From positions 1,116,001 to 1,180,000 of the forward strand of contig JAMWBK010000010.1 in the NCBI GenBank assembly GCA_029953675.1: 64,000 nt of DNA, written 5' to 3'. The position numbers were made by a program, and so were the translations under genes. Below, piece after piece: positions 23,688 through 35,671 of the stretch (position 1 is its first letter; each line of letters starts with the position of its first letter). Source of the DNA: Rhodosorus marinus CCMP1338. Its lineage: Eukaryota > Plantae > Rhodophyta. Below the pieces are notes generated by a model, which saw nothing but the letters and a program-made list of their open reading frames with translations, ran no database searches and was not told where the DNA came from.

Positions 23688-25841
23688 CTAGGAAGTGGTA
23701 TTAATCTGATATATAAACTTGTCGCTGTCTCCTGAAACGTCCACGTGCGAAGACGGAACTAAATCCCCGGAAACGATCAGTCGACTGATCTCTGTTCCAA
23801 TTTCCTTCTCGAGGAAGCGCCTCATTGGACGGGCGCCGTACTCTGGTGAATATGATTCCTTCAGCACCAGATCGATCGCGTTTTGATCCAGGTCGATCGT
23901 GATCTTCTTCTCTTGTAGGCGTTGAGATATGTCATTCATCTGCAAGTTTACAATGTTTCTCAGTTGCTCCTCTTGCAAAGAGTTGAACATTATCACGTCA
24001 TCGATACGGTTTAAAAACTCCGGCCGGAAAGCCTTCTTGAGCTCGCTCATTGCCATGTCTCTCGAGTTCGGCTGATTGTCCATCAAATAATGTGCTCCAA
24101 CGTTGCTCGTCATGATTACCACGGTGTTCGTGAAATTCACGGTCCTACCCTGTGAGTCCGTCAGGCGACCATCATCAAGTACTTGCAGCAACACGTTCAG
24201 AACATCACGATGTGCCTTCTCAATCTCATCCAAGAGGATTACGTTGTAAGGTCGGCGCAAAATGGCTTCCGTAAGCTGTCCACCCTCATCATGTCCTACG
24301 TAGCCAGGAGGTGCTCCGATCAACCTGGACACAGAATGCTGCTCCATGTACTCTGTCATATCTATCCGCACCATGTGCTTCTCGTTGTCAAATAGCTCCG
24401 CTGCAAGAGCTTTCGCAAGCTCAGTTTTGCCAACTCCCGTTGGACCCAAGAACAGGAACGAGCCCATAGGTTGTGACTCACGGGCCATGCCTGCTCTGCT
24501 CCGAAGAATCGCCTGGGCAACCGCCTGTACAGCATCGGATTGCCCAACAACTCTCTTTGACAAAGCCTCTCCCAGCTGCAAAACCTTCTCAGTCTCACCC
24601 TGTGTGAGCTTCTTCACGGGAACTCCCGTCCATCTAGCCACGATTTCTGCTATCTGCTCCTCCCCAACTACATCTGTGACGAGCTTTTCGTCCGCATTCT
24701 CGTCCTGGTTTTCCTGGTCGATCTGCAGCCTCAGTCGCTCAATCTGCTCCTCAGTGTTTGGAATCGCGTAGTACTTCAAGTCCGCTGCAACGTCAAGTTG
24801 CTGTCTACGTTCAGCCTCCTCGAGCTTGATACGCAATGATTCCAGCTTAGAGTTGAGGTCCTTGAGCTTTCGGACCTTTCCCAGCTCCTTCTCAAAGCGA
24901 TCTTTCAGCTCTTTCAGTTCTTCCTCAGTTTTCTTCAGTTCGTCCTTCACCTTGGTGCGTCTATCTGAGCTCTTCTTGTCTTTCTCCTTCTTCAAGGCAG
25001 CTTCTTCGATCTGCAGGCGCAACCGCTTCCTTTCAAGCTCGTCTATTGCGTCTGGCTGAGAATCAATTTGTACCCTGACACTGGCGCAAGCCTCATCAAT
25101 CAGATCTATGGCCTTATCAGGAAGAAATCTGTTCGTAATATATCGCGCAGACAGCTTAGATGCCGCTACTAGGGCAGCATCTGCCACACGCACTCCATGG
25201 TGAATCTCGTACTTCTCCTTTAGACCTCGTAGAATGCTTATGGTGTCCTCCACGGAGGGTTCGCCGACATACACTTGCTGGAATCGTCTTTCAAAGGCTG
25301 CATCCTTCTCCACGTGTTTCCGATACTCTTCCAAAGTTGTTGCCCCTACACATCGCAGATCCCCTCTGGCTAATGCCGGCTTCAGCAAATTTGCGGCGTC
25401 CATCGAGCCTGAAGTTTGCCCGGCCCCGAGCAGAAGATGCAGTTCATCCACGAAGAGAATTGCTCCCTTGTCCTCCTCCTTGATCTCCTTCAGAACAGAT
25501 TTCAACCTCTCCTCAAATTCTCCGCGATAGCTGGCTCCAGCCACTAGCGCACCAACGTCCAGTGAGTACACGGGTACCTCGAGGCTCTTGGGCACATCGC
25601 CCTTCACAATCCTCTGAGAAAGGCCCTCGACGATAGCCGTCTTTCCAGTCCCAGGTTCTCCAATCAACACTGGATTATTCTTCCTCCTCCTCGACAGAAC
25701 TCGTACCACCCGGCGAATCTCTTCATCCCTGCCGATGACGGGATCTAGCTTCCCGTCCTCAGCCATCCGTACAAGATCCTGTGCATAGCTGTCCAGTGCC
25801 CGCTTACGCTTGTTGTTCTTTCCATTCTCTGGCCCATCCAT
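23688..25841 (-). CDS. clpB: ClpB/Hsp100 disaggregase lacking the N-terminal Clp-repeat domain, intronless
   Basis: [15 protein letters not shown], Walker A GEPGTGKT, Walker [26 protein letters not shown], coiled-coil M-domain, second AAA module [12 protein letters not shown]...LLDEIEKAH, and GARPMRR. Confidence 0.95.
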   Translation of the reverse strand: MDGPENGKNNKRKRALDSYAQDLVRMAEDGKLDPVIGRDEEIRRVVRVLSRRRKNNPVLIGEPGTGKTAIVEGLSQRIVKGDVPKSLEVPVYSLDVGALVAGASYRGEFEERLKSVLKEIKEEDKGAILFVDELHLLLGAGQTSGSMDAANLLKPALARGDLRCVGATTLEEYRKHVEKDAAFERRFQQVYVGEPSVEDTISILRGLKEKYEIHHGVRVADAALVAASKLSARYITNRFLPDKAIDLIDEACASVRVQIDSQPDAIDELERKRLRLQIEEAALKKEKDKKSSDRRTKVKDELKKTEEELKELKDRFEKELGKVRKLKDLNSKLESLRIKLEEAERRQQLDVAADLKYYAIPNTEEQIERLRLQIDQENQDENADEKLVTDVVGEEQIAEIVARWTGVPVKKLTQGETEKVLQLGEALSKRVVGQSDAVQAVAQAILRSRAGMARESQPMGSFLFLGPTGVGKTELAKALAAELFDNEKHMVRIDMTEYMEQHSVSRLIGAPPGYVGHDEGGQLTEAILRRPYNVILLDEIEKAHRDVLNVLLQVLDDGRLTDSQGRTVNFTNTVVIMTSNVGAHYLMDNQPNSRDMAMSELKKAFRPEFLNRIDDVIMFNSLQEEQLRNIVNLQMNDISQRLQEKKITIDLDQNAIDLVLKESYSPEYGARPMRRFLEKEIGTEISRLIVSGDLVPSSHVDVSGDSDKFIYQINTTS

Positions 25842-26341
25842 TTTTTTCACCTTTTCTGGTCAGCTCATACAAAAAATGAAAAAAGCCTACCAGGATCCTT
25901 CTCCAACACCACCAAAAAAAACAACCAAAACGCGCTCCTGCCAACAATCCATATACCTCAACCGTGCACCTCCCCCAACCACCATCGTTTATATACACAT
26001 ATCCCGCGCATATCCCAACGACAATCGACTTCAATTTCTTGAAGAAAATTTGATTACTTGAGAGTATCTGCCCTCAGTGGTCCATTTTCGAAGACTCCAG
26101 AGACGACCAAACACCATGCCCCCAAAATTGCTCCTTTCTGTACCTTAATGAATTTCTATAGAATCTTAATTGACTTCTATTTGGACTTGAGAATAAGCAC
26201 GCAAGTAAGTATTTATTAACCAATAGAGTTTTGTTGATGGAATGGCTCTTGAACATTCATTGGATTAAGCGTCAATGCGCAAATACCGTTCATTTACTCT
26301 CTTGATACATGAGAAAAATGGAAAATAGATGACAGCTGTGG

Positions 26342-26376
26342 GGAATTTTCCAGATTTTTCTTGAGGATTCAAGAGA
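26342..26376. promoter_or_regulatory. Heat-shock element array upstream of ClpB
   Basis: GAAttTTCcaGATttTTCttGAGgaTTCaaGAG is seven in-phase alternating nGAAn-type units, about 500 nt upstream of the ClpB ATG. Weaker HSEs lie at 26246-26258 and about 26036-26043. Confidence 0.6.
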
Positions 26377-27085
26377 CGACTAGACCCGACCCTTTGAGAG
26401 AACGAGTTGAAAGGCCTTTTCAATTTTTCAAAAACTATTTTAGTTTGTAGCCTGTCCCGAAATGTTCGAGGTGTCCCAATACCAGATTGTCCCACGGGTA
26501 GACGGGTTCTGAATGAATTTGGCTACATCTAATCGTCGAGAATTGGGCTGATGTTTATGTTGCCTTAGGATGGGACAGACAGTCCTTGACCGCTTGTTTT
26601 CGTTAGAACTCTTCGGGGAGGTTCTCACATTTTTCTGGATAGCTTGTAGCTATCGGGGCCCTTCAAATCCTGACACGTGGAAGGGCCAGTTCGGGAGATG
26701 GATGTTTCACACTCCCGTATCGTTGGCCGTTTTCGCGCCGTCCGTACTTATCGTATAGCTGGGTGAATTATTTGAGTTCGATGAATTGATGTCCTTGAAG
26801 CTAATATTTTCGGGTCACAAGTCCAAAGGCTAGTGAAGTCCAGTACTACGACTGGCAAGTAGGCCCAAACCAGCATTTGAGAACACTAACCGCGGCACGA
26901 GCGCGTTGTCACGCCCAAGTCTTAGAATCATCCCAACCTTGTGGACGATGCCATAATCCAGTACTATATTAGTCACGGGCTTCTCCATACGTGCATAAGC
27001 TGTTGTCAGTACCTCGTAGTTTTGCCGGCCCGCCCATGGAGCGACCCTGCCGATTCACACTGAGGACAGTGGATGGATACATCCA

Positions 27086-27119
27086 TGGAGAAGAGTCGGG
27101 CCCGCCCGACTCTTCTCCA
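27086..27119. other. Perfect 15-bp inverted repeat (hairpin)
   Basis: TGGAGAAGAGTCGGG-cccg-CCCGACTCTTCTCCA. Confidence 0.9.
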
Positions 27120-27404
27120 AGGCCTCAAGAGATATGAGCTCCGCAGTCCCGCGCCTACAGGTGCTCTGTCCTGATGAAGAGCGTCGTGAAAACTTTTCAA
27201 CTCCTCAACTCCGCTTGGGCCTCATGATCTTTGTACATTCCACCCGGACGGGTCTGGGCTCTATGCCGTAAATATCCAGGTATCTTGTTGAGCATGTCAG
27301 TGGACAATCCAAACCAAGTCGCCGAAGGATCATAGCAAACTCCAGCTAGCGAGTTCGTATCCGACAAGCAACCCACTCAATTTTTGGGACGGTCAAGACG
27401 ATGA

Positions 27405-27565
27405 CGGAGAGAATCAAATCAACCCGTCCCATCCAAGTACGTGAAACTCTGAAACTAAATAAATCCGCATTGTCCTACAAAACAGGAAAAAAACATTATT
27501 TTTCCTCTGTTTCGCAGGGCCGGAAAAAACACTCATGGCTCTGCAAAACAGAAAAAAAAATATTT
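27405..27565 (+). repeat. Dispersed repeat, copy 1, left part
   Basis: AGAATCAAATCAACCC..CATCCAAGTAC..CAAAACAGGAAAAAA..GTTTCGCAGGGCCG..ACTCATGG is shared with 29178 onward. Confidence 0.8.
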
Positions 27566-27649
27566 TGCCCGCGCTGTGAAAGGCGCGCGCGACATACGCG
27601 GATCTTTAACCTGTTATACCGCGAACTTCGACTATCGTACGGTAAGCTG

Positions 27650-27694
27650 GTCTTGAAATTGAACGTGAAATGAACGTCTTGAAATTGAACGTGA
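27650..27694 (+). repeat. Near-tandem 19-bp direct repeat
   Basis: GTCTTGAAATTGAACGTGA at 27650-27668 and 27676-27694. Confidence 0.9.
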
Positions 27695-28195
27695 GAGCCC
27701 CCTGCCTGTCGCAGACTACAAGAATGATGAACGCATCGTGGCTGACCTCGTGGTCACCTGTGACGCTAGCCGCCGCACGACGTACGTTGATCTTGCTGTT
27801 CCTAATCCTCAGGCTAGTCGCTATTTGCCGGTTGCGGGAGAGCACCGTTGATTTGCCGCTGCCAATATGAGACGTCACAAAGAGTTGAAACATGGGGGGG
27901 CCTTGTCTTCGCCAAGCATTCGTGCTTAAGCTCTAGCTCATTGACTGGTACCTCTGCCCATTGAGTGCTTTGGGTTAACGGATTCCGTTGGCTCTCGTTG
28001 GCTTCAGGAATGTTCCGCGAACGCCTGACCGTCTGTCCTGGTTGTTTACTCGTTTAAGTTTCTTTCTGTGGCGTATGAACGCGGCTTTGATGTTGGAGGC
28101 GAGCGGTCTTCGCCGCGCCGAGTGTTTTTTTTCCTCTAGGTGTTCTTTTCTCTGAGCCTCCGATTAAACAAATTAATTCTTAGGATGTTCCGAAG

Positions 28196-28260
28196 GGCCG
28201 TAAAAACACACCCAAATTTTCTCCTAAAAAAAACACAAGCAAACAACGAAAGCAAATTGC
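28196..28260 (+). repeat. Dispersed repeat, copy 1, right part
   Basis: CCGTAAAAA..CAC..AATTTTCTCCT.AAAAAAAC...CAAACAACGAAAGCAAATTGC matches about 29357-29428. Confidence 0.75.
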
Positions 28261-29177
28261 GATTTCGACTTTGGAAGAGTGAATTCGACCACTAGATGAA
28301 GAGGGATGAAAAAACAAGCAAAAACGTTATGTTTATCTCGATATTTAGGTATAATATTCTTGTATAGGACCGGAAAGCGTCGGTGGGGAACTGCCCTTTC
28401 ATAGTCATATACAGAGAGAAGGCAAGGCAGGACGCCAGCCTCACTGCAAGTCTGGCAGACCCTCCTGAGAAAACGCTCCTGAAGAAAATGTTAATAGCGC
28501 TATGTATTTATTTCCACGTTCCGAGCGTATTCCCACTTTCGATGACCTCCGTATGAATTAGAGCAGTCTCTTTTGTTTGTTTTCCGGTGGGAAAACGACT
28601 ATCCCGCTGCAAGATCGTCCGCTGCGGCGAAAAAAAAAAGTGTAGATGTTACCGATACTAAAGCTTGCTGATCTCCAGGACAGCGGGGCATCGCAACACT
28701 TTGTGTACATGGAAAGCTACATTTTTTAATTTTTTTTCCATGCAGAACTGCAACCTTCAGCTGAAGCGTACCAAGTTCGATTCAAACTCACAGCAACTGG
28801 TTCAAAAGACCTGGCTACCACGAAACCGCCAAAGTTGTGTACTAAATGTTGATAGAGTTCAACAGACTGCCATGTATTGGCCTTGCAGATGTCCAACCAG
28901 CATCTACCGCTCGGCGGACTGAGCAAAAACACCCCCGTCAGCGTGAAAGCGACCTCGACAGGAGAAGAGCAGTCTGTTTTCCTCTTTCATCCACTCATCG
29001 CTAAGCAATATTTTACGGCCTGACCCTGACCAAAGGTCTTCACATCGACAGTGCTGAGCAAAACGACTCACAGCTAGTAGTAGGCAGAAACATGGTAGCT
29101 AATCAGAGGTGACCTTCAGAACTTGAATATCTCGCCGATCCAAGAGGCTGAGGATTCCACGATAGTAACTTGGCAAG

Positions 29178-29428
29178 CGGAGAATCAAATCAACCCACCT
29201 CCATCCAAGTACATAACACAGCTCCTAAACTAGAAATCGGCATTGTTCTGCAAAACAGGAAAAAACATTATTCTTTCTCGTGTTTCGCAGGGCCGTAAAA
29301 ATACTCATGGTTTTACAAAAATGGAAAAAAAACATCATTTCTTTCCCAAGTTTCACCGTAAAAAAAACACTCCCTAATTTTCTCCTTAAAAAAACGGCCA
29401 AACGCCAAACAACGAAAAGCAAATTGCA
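29178..29428 (+). repeat. Dispersed repeat, copy 2 (contiguous, about 250 bp)
   Basis: Contains in order both segments found at 27405-27565 and 28196-28260. Confidence 0.8.
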
Positions 29429-30412
29429 GTTGCCTCCAGCGAATGGTAGAAATCAAACAAGGGAAACGGATGAGCTCAGGGGACAATTGTATTCAATTAT
29501 GTAAATTTTATGGCATTATTTTGTTCGTTTCTGACATTTCATGTATACGGGTAGTTGAAACTTCAATGGCATCCCCCCCACTTGCCTGGAAACCTACAAA
29601 TTAAGAAGAGGACAGCTGTACTTAAAAGAAAAAAAATTCTACGATTTCGCTCAACGGACGAGAAGCCTCATAACAGCCGATATGCCTTACTTAGCCATCC
29701 CAATAAAACAGAAGATTATTCCAAGATGTCAAAATCTTAAAAACGGAAAACGAACAGATAAGTTAGTGGGCCTTGAACCCAAGAGAGGCCAATGTTACAC
29801 AGCGCATTCCACAAATGATTGGCTGATGAGGGTTTTTGCTCTAAACAATTCTTCCTTTTTTTCTGGGGGGGAGGGGAACGGGCCGAATAGCATGAAAAGA
29901 CAATCGAGTTTGTAAACACTAGAAAAAAGAACCACAAGGCTGAGATCACAACCCTAACAAAGAACTGCACTAAAACTACTTCTAAACATATGTCCCGTTT
30001 CATGGCATATATTTTACCCCGAAAGAAACCATATACCCCTGGCGGCTTGGTAAGGATGCCGGTAGCAAAGAAAACTTTGAAGACCACACCCCTCAGTTTA
30101 TTGGCTATACTTTTCAATTGATATAAATTAATTATTCAAAAATTTATTATTTGTGTTTTTAAGATATAGGTTTTTTACCCCCGAAGAGTTCTCGACGTCC
30201 CCCGGGCTGGAGGGGTTGTCTAACACTGTGCTTAAGATGGCTAGTATTAGGTGTTCCGGTATGGCATGTGCCCGTGGTGTGGGAGGGAGGGAGATGCGTT
30301 GGTGTTGGTTGGGGGGGGAGGTGTGTGGTGGAGGAGGACTGTGCTGTAAGGTCTTTAGGCTTTTGTCTGGTGTAGTTGTGTTTTGTGGTGAAGGGATCTG
30401 GGCATAGTGGAA

Positions 30413-32765
30413 ATGGAAGGTGATGGTGTTGTTGAAACCCACAAAATGGGGGATGGAGTTGCTGATGTTGAGCAACATCCAAACGTGACCATTCTCAGCG
30501 GGGGCAATGAAGCGGATGGGGACGGTGACATGAAGGAGGACCTGGAGAATGGCGGCAATTACGAAGCCGTGGACACAGATTTTGATCCGTTTGCTGATGA
30601 TGGTCTGGATAAGACTGCCACCAGCTCTATTGTGCATTCTCCTGTTCACTTGCAGTGGAAGGACCTTGCGTACATTGCAAATGCTTCTCACGGATGCCTG
30701 CCGGGAAGGAAGAAGAAGAATCAAGAAGTCAAAAGCACAGAGAAACTAATATTGTCTGGTGTCTCGGGAACGGTGTTCCCTGGGCAAATGCTGGCGATCA
30801 TGGGTTCCTCTGGTGCTGGTAAGACCACTTTGCTGAATCTTCTCGCGGGTAGGTTGACAACTTCGAAGAACGTGAGGACCGAGGGCGGCGTTCTCGTAAA
30901 TGGTCAGAAAAGAAACTATGCAACTTTCAAGAGGGTAAGCAAATTTGCAGGCGACGATAGTTCGTTTCATAGTCTGTGTGTCGCGGGGTTACCTCGTTCC
31001 CGCACAGGTGTTGACTGGGTATTTCCTCGTTCATAGCTCTCCGCTTACGTTGAGCAAGACGATAACATGTTTGCTGAGGTGACAGTCTCGGAGCAAGTAG
31101 AGTTTTCCGCACATTTGCGCCTACCAAAGAGCCATAATGCGAAACAGCGCCAACAAAAGGCGCAGGATATTATCACAGAACTTGGATTGAGCCATGTCAA
31201 AGATTCGTTTATTGGGGATGAACTGAAACGAGGAGTCAGTGGTGGAGAGCGAAAAAGGGTGAACATTGGAACGGAACTCGTGACTGACCCTTCGCTGATC
31301 TTCTTGGATGGTGAGTTGAATCTGTTGGGATCCTGCGGCTATCAATCACACTGGAGATTGGCTTCAAGAGTGAGTTGCAGTGCTTAAAAGGTCGTTTCTT
31401 TTTCCTTTTTTTGGCAGAACCGACTAGTGGACTTGATTCCTTCAACGCTCTGAACGTAATGCATACTTTGCGAGGTCTTGCCCATAGGGGAAGGACTATA
31501 GTGACCACTATTCACCAGCCGCGATCGAATATTTTCACTCTATTCGATCGCCTGCTGTTGTTGTCGAAAGGGCGAGTGATGTATTTTGGACCTGCGACGG
31601 ATGCTGTGGCGTACTTCTCCACATTGAACTATCGCTGTCCAGCAAACTTCAACCCCGCAGACTTCTTCATTGATCTGATTTCAGTTGATAATAGGAGCGA
31701 GAGAAAGTCTAAGACAAGCAATGCTCGGATCGATCTGCTGGAAGACGCATTCCTGAAGCATGAGGAGAATCTGCAGTCCTCCGCTGAGAACAAGGCCAGC
31801 GAGTCATATGAGGATGAGCCGTTTGGAAAGCAGCCGAAGTATGCTTCTAGATGGAATCAAGAGCTGTACTACGTGATGAAACGACAGTTCAAGCAAGTTT
31901 TGCGGGCGAAAGAGATTAACGTGGCTGCTGTTTCCACTAATACCGTAAGCTCCGTGCACGGACAGGTTTCTCCGGATAATTTTCCAGTAGCTGAATCCTG
32001 AGTGATTGCCTATTGTGTTCGGTTCAGATTTTCGCGGTCATTCTTGGACTTATGTGGCTCAATATCGGGCGAGAATTTTTCTCCAATCCAGAAGGGGAGG
32101 GTGCAGAGCAAAGGTATCAAGCGCTTCTCGGAGTACTGTTCTTCATTGCTATCAATCAGGCTTTTGGGTCGACGTTTAGTGTCATATTCAGCTTTCCAAT
32201 TGAGCGAGCCGTCGTGTTGAGAGAGCGAGCGAGTGCAACGTACCGGGTGTCAACATATTTTATTGGCAAGACGATTACGGAAGCGCCCAGGTCTCTTTTG
32301 ACTGGAATCTTGTTCAGTTCCATCACGTATTGGATGATTGGCTTGCGTTCAGAAGCAGGGTTGTTTTTTACCTTCTACATAACTGTGTGGTTGGTGGCCT
32401 TCAATGCGGAAAGCATGACAGTGGCGATTGCAATATTGGCGAAAGACGCGCAAGTTGCTGCCTCCATAGTACCAGTTTTCATGATCCTTATGCTGCTCTT
32501 TGCAGGATTTCTCATTCCCCAGAATCTGATTCCAGGCTTTTTGGCGTGGATTCAGTACGTTTCCTTCATTAAGTATGGCCTTACAGCGATCACTCTCACT
32601 CAATTCTCGGGTGTCCCCACGTGGGAAGAAGAAGTCAACAGACTGTACGGAAATGTCTCACTTGCGACCTGCTATATAGTGCTTGTGAGTGAAGCTTTAA
32701 TCTTCCGCCTCATGGCCTACGCCTTCCTGAGAATCAATGGACCGAAGTATGATCGTAAGCTGTAA
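30413..32765 (+). CDS. ABCG (White-type) half transporter, multi-exon
   Basis: Walker A GSSGAGKTT, AYVEQDD, signature VSGGERKRV, Walker B LIFLD|EPTSGLDS, H-loop TIHQPR and NPADF, followed by a C-terminal ABC2 membrane domain (ERAVVLRERAS..Y). Confidence 0.95.
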
Positions 32766-33439
32766 TCTGTGGTGCCAGTTTTTTTTTTTTTTGTTGTGTT
32801 TTGCTTAGACTGCGAATGCTGAATTAACGGAGGTATCTCCATTGCTGTGAAACCCAAAGAGTTTAGACCTCAGATTGCAGGGGAAGCCCTTGACCAAGTT
32901 TGAATGGCCAGAGGTTGTCTTCCTCTTCTAGAGATTGCATTGGCAGCAGTAGTCATTCGCAGCTCTCAGCTGACCAAGACAGGAGCAGTCGCAGGCCAAG
33001 GATGAATCCCATGCGCAAAAGCAGATTGAAGCTACCCTCTCTTAGCGGGGCGGCAGATCTATCCATATGAGCAGTGACCATCAACACGTCTATGCTACGC
33101 ACCATCGCATCTTGGGCATGTTGCCTTGTACCTCCAGCATTCGTCCTCAAAGACCTCATACACTGATGGCCTTGCCCTAGCGCATAGATCGAGGGTGTCA
33201 GATGGTTGACTGATTGCTTCCCTCCGGAGACTCGCGGTCACCGAGTTGGTGCCACGATTCAGTTACTTGCTTTGGTCGATCAATGCCGCATTGCTTCTTG
33301 AAGTTTTAAGCTCGATGGGTCGAGTATGGGTCGAGTATCTTCTGTAGTTTTTCGTGTTAGTTTCGCACTCTCCTCAGTTGACTTGCAGTCCCGATGGGGG
33401 CTCATGAGAATGTGCAGAATGCAGGCTTAAATCCTGCAT

Positions 33440-33739
33440 CTAAGTTTGAGCGCATGTCATTGATTTTGAGAGCGATCCCCCCTTGGCTCTATGAATTCCA
33501 GCTCAGTGAAGCCATTGCTCAACGCATTCACGCAAGGGTTCGGGTCCCAGGTGCCTCGTCACCTTCCGCAAGGCTTTCATGGTCTGGTCCACAATTATTC
33601 CGCTCGTCTCAAAAGCGACTGATATGTAGTCTTCGGGGTGAGCTGCATAGCGGGTTTGTTTGGCTCTCAACTGATCTGATCCGATGGCCCACCCCCCCAA
33701 AGAGCGGGCTTTAGTACGAACTAGTACCGCTGGCCGCCC
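33440..33739 (-). mobile_element. Decayed 3' fragment of an RLE-clade (CRE-like) non-LTR retrotransposon
   Basis: GRPAVLV...GGWAIGSDQLRAKQTRY....YISVAFETSG...LRKV...EQWLH*AGIHR resembles the RPAD-LV / K..KY / P.AFET.G / WL..R..IQR motifs of the restriction-like endonuclease. It carries an in-frame stop and an apparent deletion. Confidence 0.5.
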
Positions 33740-33990
33740 TCACTAGATATTTCCGTAACAGATTGTATATGTGAGTTTACTTTTGTATTGTTGTTAAATA
33801 AATGTTGAGGTAGTTAACGTATAAACAGCTTTATCGTTAACATGATAGTGCGTCCTGAGCGGGATGACGGGATTCGACTGTGATTGACGTAGCGAAGAGA
33901 AGGAGGCATTGGAGCAGAGGTAGTTAGGAGTTCTTATGCCTTTTGAGGAGGCTGTTGTTTTTGGCTTATGGTACTGTGTATTTTAGTAGA

Positions 33991-35145
33991 ATGAACGTAC
34001 CTAGATTAGTTAAACGTTTGTGGGACGCGAATGGGTCGTGGGTGCAGCGTAGATCGCTGGCTCTCAAGGTTCGTTTCTCGATCGCGGACGGGGCTACAGA
34101 AGCTGGAAAGGTAATGAGCGGTAGTCCGAGATTCATGAAGGATCTAGTGGAGGAAGCTCATGATGAGGAGGTCGCTACTCCCGCAAAGAGCTCGCAAGAT
34201 TTTAAGAGCACGGGTACTACTTATGGGAGCGGAGGACTAGCTGATGTTGAGGATGAGGGGGAGGTATTAGATCGGAAAAAGCATAAGGAAAGAATGGGTA
34301 TCTTGAAAATGGCAATCAGTGAAGGTCGTGAACGCGCAGAACGAGAGTTGAAGAAAAAAGAGAGCGGGAAGACAGCGTTTGATTCTGTTGTGGACGGGGA
34401 GGACGAAGATGATTTTGACTCGGAACACGGTGAAGAGCGAGTACCAAAAATGAGCTTTGATCTCAAAACAAAATTTAAGAGTGATCCGTATGAGAATCGG
34501 AATGAACCGCTACCAGTGTATCCCGCTACGAGAGGGAGGAAGAAGCGTGCTAGGCAGATCATGAAACGACTTAACAGGATAGAAAGTCTTGGCATGAAGA
34601 ACTCGGGTCGAGCTGTGGTTGCGGAAAAGCTCCCGCATCTGCGAAAAGGCGATGTTGTTCGTATCAAGCATAAGGACCTGTACAGTGAGAGCGGTACCAA
34701 CTTTTTCACGGGTGCTGTCATACAGTGCAAACGGAACGGAACTGGTACGCCCCATCGAGTTCCTATTCCGTGGTTGTCCATGAATACAGATGAAACGAAA
34801 TTTGCAGCCTGGAAAACGCTTTAGATGAAGAGATTCAGCAGTTGCTGAATCACCAAAAAAACCTTTACTCGTTTGTCTCTTTCTACGTGTTCTATAGGAA
34901 GTTCATTCGTTGTCAGAAATGCAAAGGACGATTTAACCTTGGAGCGAGGTTTTCACACGCACTCCCCGACGATTGTCGATGCCAAAATAGTGTCGTACAG
35001 AAAGGTTGGAAAAAGGAGCATCCTTTATTTGAAGAAAGGACGTCCCGCGCTTTCCGATGTCGGCATAGATCCCCTTGGCAAAGATCCTACAATGACTATC
35101 GGAGACCCGCCTATTATCCCTCACAAGAAGGCCACTAAGAAGTAG
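33991..35145 (+). CDS. MRPL19: Extended organellar (probably mitochondrial) ribosomal protein bL19, 2 exons (intron 34745-34897), 333 aa
   Basis: LPHLRKGDVVRI...FTGAVIQCKRNGTG|SSFVVRN...LERGFHTHSPTI...RKVGKRSILYL matches the bL19 core. Confidence 0.8.
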
Positions 35146-35671
35146 CCTTGCCTGACTACTGCGTGCCGGTGAGTGTGCTATTCATAAGTTGGATTCTGCA
35201 AAGAGGAGGCCCAGTCTCGTCGCTGGCGGATGACAGAACAACGAGCACGGACAACTAGTCCTTGTACAGGGAGGTTCATTCGCTCCAGATTACGATCCAC
35301 TGTTAATAGAGTCGAATGAGCATAGGAGAAAGCCTTTTTTTTGAGTAAGAGAAGTTGGTTTGTGACGGTCGATACCGAGCATTTTCTGAGGAGACCAATG
35401 AAAGGACGTCTGGGCACGAATAGGAGTGCTCTTTGGGGATCCGGGCCCAAGTAAGGCTCCACCAACTTGAGATTATGATTGTCAACCTTGCCCAAGCTCA
35501 GAGGGAATCTTGCAAGGCCCTGGAATTCTGATCCTCTCAACTGAGGGTTGGAGGGCCAATTGAGCCCATAGATTTTGTTAGAGGGGATGACCAGGTCGCT
35601 GTCAACGGTTCTCAGCGCTTCAATTGAGGTTCAGCGATGATACTGTGATACGAAGCCTACAGGATCGCACT

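Noticed and set aside
33861-33878. GGGATGACGGGATTCGAC resembling a tmRNA 5' end, or a tRNA T-arm on the minus strand
   Set aside because: There is no acceptor-stem partner or cloverleaf, the T-loop lacks TTC, and the context is nuclear eukaryotic.
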